Positions 1 to 11,571 of a stretch of DNA of 64,000 nt are shown one piece after another. Origin of the DNA: Eledone cirrhosa (lineage: Eukaryota); contig OZ024743.1 of NCBI GenBank assembly GCA_964016885.1, positions 341,062,001 through 341,126,000 on the forward strand. The letters run 5' to 3'. Each line of letters opens with the position of its first letter. Position 1 is the stretch's first letter. The notes under the pieces were generated by a model. It was not told the DNA's origin and searched no databases. It saw only the letters and a program-made list of their open reading frames with translations. The position numbers were made by a program, and so were the translations under genes.

Positions 1-628
1 CCAGTTCCAGCTCGCTTATCCACCCATTAGTTCTTATTACCCGAGCCTGCCCGGCCAATTTTTGTTCATCTAATTTAAATAAACCAATCTCGTTCCAGAT
101 GTTATGCATCCGTCTCCTGTAGCCCCTCTCCTTGGGGTTACTTTTCAGGTAGCATTGCATAACAGTTCTATTCAATTCTTTCGTCCAGTTGGTTCTGGCC
201 CCTTTCCTTCTTCTTCTTCCTCCAACATCAGCAGTATTTGGTTGACAGTCAGGTTCCTGCTGCTGAGCCAGGGGGCACCTGTTGGGTGAGAGTCTGTCAC
301 ATGACGTTCTAGTCTCCATTTCACCGTTATTCGAACTGTTTATGTTCGATATTTAAACACTCTTATCGAGGAATGGCGAATGTATGGTTACATAGCCATC
401 TGTGGATCCGCCATCCCACTTGGCCCTTGTGTGGCATTATCACCACGCTGTATACGAACACACATAAACAAACAAACACACAGGCAGAAAGGGCCCCAAA
501 AATGAATAAGCATAAGTTTCATTGTAATGTAGTGTTCGAATGTCTGACTTAGTTTTTGTTTTTTAAGTTTTACTCCCCCCCCCTCTTCTCTGTCCGTCCG
601 CCTGCTTCTCTCTTCATTCCTATTTTCT
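1..628 (-). mobile_element. 5' part of an R4/Dong-clade non-LTR retrotransposon; continues off the left edge of the window
   Basis: Close paralog of 4568-5160 (ccagttccagctcgcttatc... to ...tattttc), which encodes the N-terminus of the RT-RLE ORF of the neighbouring element. Confidence 0.85.
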
Positions 629-1396
629 TTACGTTTTTGGGGTTTCTTTTTTTGTTTTTGTTTTTCTCTGTTTGTTTTTCTCGTTTTTGCTGTTGTTGCT
701 GTGCTGCTTTGGTTTTGTTGTTTGTTTTTTCTTTTTTCTTTTGAGTCTATCTATATATTTTGATGCCTTCCTCTTTGTTAGTAGTAGGAATTCTATAATG
801 TGGAAGTAGCAGCCAGCAGGGAGAAGTGGGAGACTGGCGGCGGTAGCGATACTGAGACAGTGGTGGTGGTGATGTCGATACCGAGGCAGTGGTGGCGGTG
901 ATGCGACCGTATTACTGTAGTGATGGTGCTGTAGCGGTGGCAGCAGTGAAGGAGTCAAGGGGTGGTGGCGGCGGTGATGGGATAGTGGTGGTAATGATGG
1001 CCGTAGTGAGCGGTGGCGGTGAAGGTGAAAATGTCGTTATCTGGCTGTTGTGTTTAGTGTACACAGATGATGGGGTGGGTGGTGTATCTAGTTTCTGGTG
1101 TTGGTGAGTTTAGCTGTCCTATATAGTGTAGCCAGAGGAGAGGAGGGGGGGGGGGGTTCTTCTTCTTCCATTTATAGCCATTTTCTTTTTTGGATATACA
1201 GTGTACAATACAAAGTTGAATATTTGAATATTTGAGCCTTATAACAATATATTTTGGGTCCGAATTTTTTGGGGCTCAAGCCGGGTGCTTTACGTAGCAT
1301 TTGTACTAAGAGTTGTTATTTCACAAATGATTTAAATATGTTAAAAATTCAAAACTTACGGGAGCGATTTCATGACCTCCGTCACCTCGTGCGTCT
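629..1396 (-). mobile_element. Putative retroelement 5' head plus low-complexity segment (a Tx1-like head, or a long Dong 5' UTR)
   Basis: On the minus strand it follows an (ATT)n run and begins aagacgcacgaggtgacggagg...tcgctcccGTAAGT. This shares gacggagg with the head at 5530 and tcgctccc(a)gtaagt with the head at 5656. Confidence 0.45.
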
Positions 1397-1419
1397 TAAT
1401 AATAATAATAATAATAATA

Positions 1420-1458
<39 letters not shown>

Positions 1459-1464
1459 GTTATT
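1397..1464. repeat. (AAT)n followed directly by (TTA)n: a back-to-back microsatellite at an element junction
   Basis: Directly visible; the (TTA)n half is the (TAA)n tail of the minus-strand Dong element. Confidence 0.95.
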
Positions 1465-4400
1465 ACTCTTTGAGTCTGGAAAGTTTGAAATGAATATCAA
1501 GCCACTACCTGCAGCCTCAGATATTCAGGACGTATCGGAAGGTTCTTGCTGTTCCCAGCAAGAATGCCTTTTGAAGCGTTCCAAAAAGCGCGAAGGGGCC
1601 AATTTTCTTTAACCATCCCTGGAAACATTTTGACATAGTCCCTAGTGCGCCTATGACAATCGGGATCACTTTGACTTCATGGCAGTTCCAAATCCTTTTT
1701 ACCTCCCACTTTAAGTCTTGGTATCGGTTAATTTTCTCCCTCTCCTTCTCTTGCACCCTCGTGTCGAATGGGCAGGCCACATCCACAATCAGGCACGTTC
1801 TTTATCCTTTGTCCAAAACCACCAGGTCAGGCCTATTGTGTTCAAGTTTCTTGTCCGTCTGTATCCTAAAATCCCACAGCACCTTCACCTGATCGTTTTC
1901 TATTACCGCCTCTGGCTTATGCTCATACCACTTCTCAGAATGTGGTAAATTGTTTACTTTGCATAGGTGCCAGTGGATCACCCTGCCCATCACATCATGT
2001 CTCCAGCCCTTATACTGAGTCTGGGCTATGTGTTTACACTCGGATACAATGTGAGCCACAGTCTCCTCTCTCTCTCCACAGATCCTGCACAGTGGGCTAG
2101 CCTCCTCCTTGTAAATATGGTGTTTCAACGACTTCGTTTTGAGGGCCTGCTCTTGCGCAGCCATTAGCATTCCTTCTGTAACCTTTTTAAGGTCTCCTCT
2201 TTTCAACCAGTTCCATGTCTATGGATCTCTGAATTCAGTTTTCTCAAAGAAGGTTCTATGAAGGGATTTTTCATTTAGGCTGCTCTTTCACCTTGTTGTT
2301 ATTTCCTCCTTGGACATCTCCTGGTCTATTGTCCTCTCCTTCAGTACAATTCTGAGATTTGGCTCCTTACTATCAGTCACGTATTTGTGTAGGTTGTTTT
2401 TCTCCATCTGAACACAGTCTTCTATGCTGATAAGACCTCTTCCACCTTCAGATCTCCTTAAGTAGAGTCTATCGACATCACTCCTCTTGTGGAACATGTT
2501 GTAGATAGTCAATAGCTTCCTAGTCTTCCAGTCGATTTCTTTTTGTTCAGCAACATTCCATTTCAGAATTCCCGCACTGTACCTAATAATAGACACAGCT
2601 CGGGAATTTACTGCACTTATGGCATTCCTACTGTTCAGATGTGACTTTAATACGCTCCTTACTCTCCGAATGTATTTAGATCTTATCAATTCCTTCATTT
2701 TTTGTTCTTGATGTCATCAGCCTCCAGAACACCCAAATACTTGTATCCTTCTTCAGTGTCAATTTCCTTTATCATCTCACCTGTTGGTACCTGGATTCCG
2801 TTGCTTCTGCTCAATTTACCCCTCTTCATCACAAGGACTCCACACTTACTAATACCAAATTGCATACATAATCATTGCTGAAAATACGAACAGTGTCAAC
2901 AAGCACATCCAACTCCTTCTCACTTTTCCCGAAGAGCTTAAGATCGTCCATGAAGAGGAGGTGATTGATGGTAAGCTCTCCCTTTCCCAACTTGTATCCT
3001 GCTCTCACTTTTCGCAGTATAATGATCAAGGAAAGGACAAACAACAGAGGGGACAGGCTATCTCCCTGGAAGAACCTCTCTTGATCTTCACGCCTCCCAA
3101 GGATTCTCCAGCTGATGTTTCCAGGACTTCATACTTTTGCCCAACAACTGTCTGATGTTATCTGCCACCTTGAAGATCTCTAGGCTTTCGGTGATCCAAG
3201 AATGAGGCACCATGTCAAATGCCTTTTTGTAGTCTATCCATCCCATGGCAAGACCAGTGTGTCTCCTCTTGAAATTCCTTATTATCATCTTATCAATAAG
3301 TAACTGGTCCTTTGTACCACGGGACTTCTTTCGGCATGCTTTCTGTTCGTCCGGTAACAAGTTGTTTGTGTGGAGGTCATGGTAGATTTCCTCAGACATA
3401 ATGCTTGTCAACAGTTTCCACATTACGGACAGACATGTGATAGGTCTATAGTTGGAAACATCATTACCCTTGATTCGGTCTTTCATTACCAGAACTGTGG
3501 TACCCTTTGTCAACCACTCTGGTACCTCACCTGACATCAAGCAGTCATTAAACATGGTTGTCAGCTTCGGGTGGAGGGATGTTATATTTTTAATCCATAC
3601 CCCTGCACACCATCTGGGCCTGGTGATTTCCAGTTGGTTAGTTTTTTGGCTTGCCCCTTAAGAGTTTCAACTGTGATACTCAAATCAGTTTGTTGGTGTG
3701 CCTGTTCACTAATCTCCTTTTGTACTGTCTCAATGCACACTGCCTGGTCATTATGTTTAACATCCTGCTCCCATATTCCTCTCCAGAATGTCTTAGTTTG
3801 TTCCGCCTCAGGGATCAAGTCGTTGCCTCTTTCTTTCCCTTCAAGCTGTCCAAACAGCATCTTCTGGTTGTTGTCAAACATGCGGTTCTGTCTATACTGA
3901 CTGACTCTGCTCTCGTATCGCCTAATGTTTGCACTCTTTGCTACAATGCGTTGCTTCAGTTCCTCTATGATAATATTTAGCTTTTTCCTCCTAGTTTTGT
4001 ACTTTATTTCCAGTCTATTTTTAGTGTCTATGTTTTTTAGTGTCCCATTCAGTATGGACTCAAGCTTTCCAATGTCATTTCTCATTTCCCTGATTTGACT
4101 ATTCAGTCGTTTCTTCCACCAAGGTTCTGATCTTTCTTGTTTGTTGTTTCCTCTCACTTATATGCCAAGTAATTTCCTCACCGCATTTGTTGTTGCTTTG
4201 AGGATATTGTTGCACTGGTGAAGGCTCCTTGCCTCAAGGTATGGGATGACTTTGTTTACCTTAACTGTTGTTTCTTTTAACTTTTTCCTGTCTACAAATC
4301 TTAGGTTCATAGGTTTCCCACTATCATTGCTCAATTCATCTACCACTAAGTTCAGGATATCAACCAAATCTTGTCCTAGCCCGTCAGCATTCATCTCCTC

Positions 4401-5160
4401 AATGGCCGTATCTTTGTTCCAGGTATTACTTATTTCAGCATTCAGATCATTGTCTACTTCGGATGGTTCCTCCGTTCTCTCAACCTCTTCACCTTCATTT
4501 CTCACTGGCTAGTTTGCCTGGCATACTCCACTCTCCATTTCCAACCTAATCTCTCTGCTCAGTTCCTCCAGTTCCAGCTCGCTTATCCGCCCATTAGTTC
4601 TTATTACCCGAGCCTGCTCGGCCAATTTTTGTTCATCTAATTTAAATAGACCAATCTCGTTCCAGATGTTATGCATCCGTTTCCTATAGCCTTTCTCCTT
4701 GGGGTTACTTTTCAGGTAACACTGCATAACAGTTCTATTCAATTCTTTTGTCCAGTTGGTTCTGGTCCTTTTCCTTCTTCTTCTTCCTCTGACACCAGCA
4801 GTATTTGGTTGACAGCCAGATCCCTGCTGCTGAGCCAGGGAGCACCTGCTGGGTGAGAGTCTGTCACATGACATTCCAGTCTCCACTTCACCGTTATTCG
4901 AACTGTTTAGGTTCGACATTTAAACACTCTTATCGAGGATTGGTGAATGTATGGTTACATAACCACCGGTGATTTCATCACACCCGGTGATTTTAGTGTG
5001 GCACGCTGTAGACGAACATAAATAAACAAACAAACAAATAGGTAAAAAAAAACCAAAAGAATAAGCATAAGTTTCATTGTAATGTAATGTTTGAATGTCT
5101 GACTTAGTTTTTTTTTTTTTCCTTCTCTGTCTGTCTGCTTTTCTTTTCATTATTATTTTC
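1465..5160 (-). mobile_element. R4/Dong-clade non-LTR retrotransposon with (TAA)n tail, degenerate
   Basis: Single-ORF architecture: N-terminal W..ELN...Y..S.P domain, RT, CCHC finger and restriction-like endonuclease. A short 3' UTR ends in (TAA)n. Confidence 0.92.
1517..4919 (-). pseudogene. Frameshifted RT/RLE polyprotein
   Basis: ORF fragments carry KSPGPDG, NYRPITCL, DYKKAFDMVPH, HLLFMDDLK, CRIC..EETVAHIVSEC, RHD, NRPDLVVLD and DVACPFD...EKINRY. Confidence 0.92.
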
Positions 5161-5483
5161 CGAGCAGTTTGTTGAAAGATGGGTGAGAGAGGAAAGAATG
5201 GCCCGAGTGAATGGGCCTACTCTGAGTATGTGTCTGTAAATTAAAGGTGGAAAACTGGGAGAGGGCAATTGCCCTGGTGGTCACTGTGGCTTTTTAATGG
5301 GCTTTCTCCACGAATGTCCCTCGGAAGTCTCCCCCCTATTGGGGAATTTTTTCATTGTTCTATTATTACATCCTCTGTTTCTTGTTATTTTACACGCAGA
5401 AATGCCCATTTGAACCGTCCTGTATTGTCCTGTACTGTCCTTAATGTCTACTTTATGTAAACCCTTGTGGTTAATAAAGAAAG

Positions 5484-5484
<1 letters not shown>
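5161..5484 (+). mobile_element. 3' fragment of a Tx1-type LINE (end of ORF2 plus 3' UTR), followed by (ATT)n
   Basis: Near-identical to about 34652-34977. Confidence 0.9.
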
Positions 5485-5529
<45 letters not shown>

Positions 5530-5640
5530 GAATGCCATGGTTGACGGAGGCTCGGCTCTGTAAGGTATAGTAATTTTTAACCGCTATAACAATTGTAAAT
5601 TGTTTAAAACTTTAACCAAATTGTAGATAAAAACACCCTC
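5530..5640 (+). mobile_element. Isolated 5' head of a Tx1-type LINE
   Basis: Near-identical to 35026-35131, the start of the element there; cut off by (TAT)n and the next element. Confidence 0.85.
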
Positions 5641-5871
5641 TATTATTATTATTATCGGTCTGTTCGGACGCTTTTTGCTCGCTCCCAGTAAGTCATTTTA
5701 TTTGCCTGTAAACATTATTTGTTGTTGAATATTTCTTGTTGTTTAAGGGATATATAATATTTTGCCCTGTGAAGGGGAAAGTAAAATATTTGGGCCTTTT
5801 GGCCCAAATATTTGAACATTTTACTTTAAAAAAGCAAAAAACAAGGCTGAGCCACGTACCCCAGCTGTCTG

Positions 5872-7788
5872 TTGTCATCTGACAACGGCGTAAAGTTTGA
5901 GCGGAGGGTTACAAACATTGTTACAACAGACACCACCACAAACAACGTGAACAAAGACAACACTGAGAACACTAATTTCGAAAAAAATACCACACCAACT
6001 ACAACAATAACAGCGTCAACCAAAATACAGACAACAAAAAAAAGTAACTACAAATGCAACAACGATATTAACACCACTAACAAGAAAATAAACAACGACA
6101 ACACCAACAGCAACAATACAAATTCCACCGAAATCAACAACAACGGTGGCACCAAAAAAAAAAACACAACCAACTACAACAGTGATAACAGCAACAACAT
6201 CAACAACCCCGTTCGTAGCATTTGCAACAGTAACAACACCAACAACAAGACCAGTAGCGGCAGCAATAATGGTGCCGCTGAAAAAGGGGCCCCTTCTTTC
6301 GCAGGTGTGGCCCGAAATATGGAAACAGTGCTAGTCACTGAGGAGGAGATGGCAGTCGCAAGAGCCATGGTGTCGAGAAACGACAACAGATTTTCCCTGA
6401 AACCTCCACCCGATTTCTTGAAAGACCAGCCAGTGCGCACGGTGATTTACCGCACCGTAAGCAAAATGTCGCATCGGGTGGAGAGAGTCACGGAGGCTCA
6501 AATCCCAAAGGCCTTGGGGTGCATCTGGGCGCGCAAAACCCACATCACCCGAGGCAAAAAGTACGGCACAGTAGACGTACTTTTCGCCACCCCGCAAGAG
6601 GTGAAGTCTCACTCTTTGGAAATGTTAAAGAGTGAGGAGATAGCCTTGGTGCCCTCCTACTGCGGGCAGAAAATTGTGAGGGTCAAAGTGAACTAGGTCC
6701 CGCCCGACGTGCCCATACTTTGGCTGGCCGCGCCTGTACTGGCTGGAATCGAGGAGAAAACCACCATACTACAAATACAGAGAATGGGAAGAGAGAACTG
6801 GTCAGGAATAGGCATGCAAATGCTAATACAGACTGACCAGGAAAGCATCGAGGCCATCCCAGACCTCAAAGACCTCGAAGAAGGGCTCTATCTCCCAATA
6901 AGCGTGGAGGGAAGGCGCCTAAAGTGCTATCTCTGTGGCAGAATACATCCAAGAAGAGGGCCCCCCTCCTTCCGACACCTGATTCGCTGCTACCAAGAGC
7001 AGGGCAGGCAATAGAGGCAGAAGACCCTTCCATGGTGAATAGGATGGCAACATCCGTGGCACCCATACCAAGGCCACGGACAGCTAAAGCAGCGGCAGCA
7101 GTGGCGGCAACACTAACAGTCGCAGTAGCTACGCCGGCGGTAAAATCGCCGTAGCGGGCTTCACTACCACCTCCAACAGGAGTGGAGCTTATGCCCCCTG
7201 GACGCGGCGGGGTCCGACATGGAGAGTGGGGCGGGAGGGAAGTGGCAAACGGTCTACCACAAAAAACAAAAAAACAAAAAACCCTTAGCTTAACCCTCCA
7301 AAAGCTGCAAGGAAATTTGCAGCAACACCATCACCATCACTATCACCACCACGAGCATCAACACCGACAACAACCACACCACCACCAGCATCACCAAAAA
7401 CACCAACATCGCAAACACAACAAAACACACACACCCAACAGCAACGACAAGAAAACAACAACAAAATCGCCCCTCACCCTAAAAAGTACACAGCCATAAA
7501 CATGGCAAATAAAGAACTCACACAGCACTTAAAGCAGTACACAGACATCACAAAAAAAAAAAAAACTACTACACCCGACCAACACGAAGAACTCTCCCGA
7601 CAAACATAAGCATCATTGAAATCTCAATAGAACATTACTAACTTTTAAAGCAAAAATTCCCCAAAGCAGTTGGAGACATCAGAGGGTCGGTTACCAAGAG
7701 GATATACACCGGCCTCCTCTTGGAAACACCCTTGACCAGCCAAAGTGACGGTCCTACTGTCCCTTCACCACACAATCAAGGTAAGTGA
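5872..7788 (+). pseudogene. LINE ORF1 (Asn/Thr-rich N-terminus, partial zinc knuckle), interrupted
   Basis: SFAGVA and VEGRRLKCYLCG motifs; homologous to ORF1 segments at 12418 and 35206. Confidence 0.75.
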
Positions 7789-7820
7789 TCCTTTCTCACT
7801 TACACCCTTTCTCATCCAAC

Positions 7821-10800
7821 ATGGCCGTACTTAGAATAGGCAGTATACATGTACGTGGCCTGTGGTCATCTTGGAAGCAGGGTCACCTGCTCAATGACCT
7901 CAGCTCACTAAACATAGATGTGGTGGTCATCAGCGAGACCAGAATCTCCGAAGCACGAGCCTTCGCACCGATCTTCGGCGGTTACGATGTATACGCATCT
8001 CCCAGCCGTCCAGGATCGGGGGGAGGGGTTGCCGTGCTTTTTCGGAGAGGCTTGGATCTCGCCATACGGGCCATCTTCCTGGACCCAGAAGGTAAGTCGG
8101 TGGTGCTGGACGTGACCGGCAGCGAAGGCAATGCTTTCAGGCTAGTAACCATCTACGCCTCAACAGGGGCAGGACGGCCAGATATCTTCAGACGTCTAGG
8201 GACCTTTCTCGGAACGTCCCGCTCTTTAGTGTTAGTAGGGAAACTGATAAGGCGAGTGTAGGTTGTACACAATTTAAAGTAGTCGACTACACGGACCACA
8301 AATTTGTGATATGTGAAGTTGATTTAGATAGAATACATAGGCAAGGGCTCGCCTACTGGAAGCTGAACGCGTCGTTCCCAGCGCGCAAAGGTTACAGAGA
8401 CCGGATTAGCGAATTAGTTAAGCGTGCATTGTCGCGCGCGATCGTCAACAGCAGGTGGTGGTTTACCCTGAAAAGGGCTATTAGAGTAGAATCGATAAGG
8501 TTTAGCAAAGGAGTAGTGATAGAGGAAAATAGAGTAGAGCGAGAGTTAGTTAGAAAGCTAGAAGGGGCGTTTAGGACAGGCATCGCAACCGACGTGCTTG
8601 CGGCGAGATTGGCACTCAACCAGTTCTTCCACGCAAAGCATGAAGGCTACGTTGTCAGAGCTAGAACGCGTGCTCTAAGTCACGAGGGGATGAAAGCCGT
8701 TCTATGGGCCCGTGTGGTGGAGGCGCGACGTGGCAACAAGTCCACAATTCGGTTTTTGCTTGATCAAAACGGGCGCATGTTGCTCGAAACCGAGCAGATG
8801 TGTGCGGCTGTTCAACAGCACTTTGCTCAATTGTTCGGGAGTGGCGGCGGGCCGGATCGGAGTATGGACTTCGGTGCATACCTCGACGGACTGTCGCGGC
8901 TCTCGACGACCGCAGCGCAGTGCTGCGAATAGCCGATAACAGCAGGTGATATACGGGGCGCGATGTCTGACTGCACGAGGGGTAAATCGCCAGGTTTGGA
9001 TGGTCTGCCATACGAGCTTTATGCGTATATGCCAGACTTGTTCGGCCACCTCTTGGCAGATGTCTACTGCAACTGGCAGCAGAAAGGGAGCATTCCCAGT
9101 TTTGTGAGCGGTGGCACTGCTGAGAAAAGATCCGAACAAGGTGGACGTTATAGACAAATTCAGACCCATAACTCTGCTCAACGCAGAGTTTAAGATTGTG
9201 GCGAAGGTGTTAGCAAAGATATTGACGCTTGTCGTCGGTGATCTGGTGCGAGAGGCGCATATATGCGCCATCTCGGACAGATCCATCCACGACAACCTCC
9301 ATCACTGCAATACATCATAGGGTGGTTAAGGAAGCTGGCACGGGTGGGGCCCTGATCAACTTGGATCAATCTAAAGCATTTCATAGGGTCGACCATTGGT
9401 ACCTGGTTGCGGTCATCGAGGCGGCCGGTTTCGGGCCCGTTTTTAGGGGCTGGATCGCTGCGTTGCACAGTGACATCTGTTCGATTGTGAGGGTGAATGG
9501 TCACCTGTCGCAGCATTTCAGCACCATGCGCTCGGTCCGCCAGGGTCGCCTCCTCTCGTCCCCCATGTACGTACTGGCCATAGAGCCGTTACTACACAAA
9601 TTGGAGACGATGAGGGGGGGGGGGGGGGGTCCCACGCGAACTGGGATGCGGGGGATCTGTGTCAGCTTACGACGACGACGTCACCGCGGTGGTGTCGACC
9701 ACCAAACACGTCCAGATGCTCGGCACCGCTCTCAAGGAATACGAAGCGGTGACAAGATCAAAGATAAACCAGGAAAAGTCGGTGGGCTTGCAACTCCGCA
9801 CCTGGAGAGGCAAGTCAATGCCCGCCTACCGCGACGTGGGGCGCTGGACGGAAGGACCGGTTAAATTGCGCGGGGTCTGGTTCGGTCCGGACCTCCAGAT
9901 GGAGAAAAACTGGAGCGAGGTGACGAACAGGGTGGCCTCTCTCACCCAGAAATGGGCCAAGAGGAGGCTGTCTCTGAAAGGTCGGGCGGAAGTGGCGAAT
10001 GCGTACATAGCGTCCGTCATCTGCTACAGCCTGACCGTCGTACCTTGCCCCCGCCCAACTCTGACCAAAATGGAGCGCCTTCTCTTCCGCTTTTTGTGGA
10101 AGGGACGTGCTCCCATGGTCAGACGATCCATTTGCTGTCAACACCCGTTGCGTGGAGGACTAGGCATGTCGTGGCTGATGATGCGCAAACATGCGCTGAG
10201 GCTGCGACATCTCTGGTGTTTCCTTGACGGTGAACAGGTGTGGTCACCGTTTGCCAGACGCGCTTTTCCCCAGCTCGTCTCCTTGACGGAGCTGCAGTCC
10301 TGGATCAGAAAAAGGCCGAGGGATAGCGCTTGGAAGCTGGAATGTCTCCAAACTCTCACCGCTCCATACCGGTTAGGCACTAATATCGGTGGAACATCCA
10401 CCTCGGCGTTCTATAGAGGGCTAGTGGAGGGAAAGAGCGACGAAGTTCTCGGAGAGACCCTGGGCGTCGAAGACGATCAGCTGTTCGCTCTCTTCAAGAG
10501 AACTTTCAGACCGGGGCTTATGGACAACTTCCCGAAATCCCTGGCCTGGCAGTGCTACCGGGGAGCGTTTCCGGTTCCGGATAAGCTCTACAGGCACGGA
10601 GGCGCAGGGCGACGAAACCGTCCTGCGCGCACTCGTTCACTGCCCGAGGATTGCTGACTTGTGGAGCTGTATCGAACAACTGCTGTCGCGTGTAGGACGG
10701 ATCCGGTTATCAACTGAGTCCATTGTGCAGATAGCCCCGTCATCCTCCTTTAAAGAGGAGGAAGGGCAGGCAGTTTCCATCTGCCTGGTGGCCATGGCGA

Positions 10801-11009
10801 AAGAGATTGTGTGGTGAACAAGATTGAAAGGGTTGAAGACGGACACTTTCTCCTCCGGCCAATCCCTGATTAACTTTTTGAAGTTTCACTTGAAGAGGAA
10901 AATCAGGGCGGAGAGCCAAGTGCTGTCTTCTAGTAAGTTTGTTGAAAGGTGGGTGAAAATGGTGAGTCTGGTCCGAGTGAACGGGCCCGCTCTGAGTATA
11001 CGCCTGTAG
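7821..11009 (+). pseudogene. LINE ORF2 (APE endonuclease plus reverse transcriptase), with frameshifts and a deletion in the APE domain
   Basis: IGSIHVRGL, ISETR, KSPGLDG, FRPITLLN, DQSKAF, SVRQG and SAYDDD motifs. Confidence 0.92.
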
Positions 11010-11292
11010 ACTGAGGAGTGGGAAAAGTGAGAGAAAGCGCTTGCCATGGTGGTCAGGGTGGCCGTGGTCTTTTGTTTGGTTTTTACCACGAGTGACCCTC
11101 GGAGGTTTCCCCCTTTCGTTTGAATTTTTGTTGGTTGAATTTTTTTTGGATTTCTAACCCGATTTTGTTATAACCTGTTTACACGACCAAAACCCACTTA
11201 GTATCGTCCTGTACTATTCTGTGCCGTCTCTAATATTTTTCTTCGTGTCATCCCTTCTGGCCAATAAAGAAACCATTATTATTATTATTATT

Positions 11293-11346
11293 ACCAGTAA
11301 TACATTGGAATAATTGCTGGCCTTGTGCCAAAAGAAGAAACAATTA
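11293..11346 (+). mobile_element. 3' fragment of the tRNA-SINE lodged in the (ATT)n between two LINEs
   Basis: accagtaat...ctggccttgtgccaaaagaagaaacaattat matches the SINE 3' end seen elsewhere in the window. Confidence 0.85.
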
Positions 11347-11571
11347 TCATTATTATTATTATTATTGGTCTAATCGGACGTATTTTGCTCCCTCCCAGTA
11401 AGTCGCTTTATTTGCCTTTTAAAATTATTTGTTGTTAATTATTTCTTGTTGTGTAAGGGATATAAGCCCTTAGACTTTGCCCTGTGAAGGGGAAAGTATA
11501 ATATTTGGGCCTTTTGGCCCAAATATTTGAACTTTTTTTACATTTTAAAAAAATTACGGAGAAAAAAAAGT

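Larger units (their letters stand above)
5656..11274 (+). mobile_element. Full-length but decayed Tx1/L1-type LINE flanked by (ATT)n
   Basis: 5' UTR, ORF1, ORF2 (APE-RT-CCHC) and 3' UTR with AATAAA, then (ATT)n. Confidence 0.93.
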
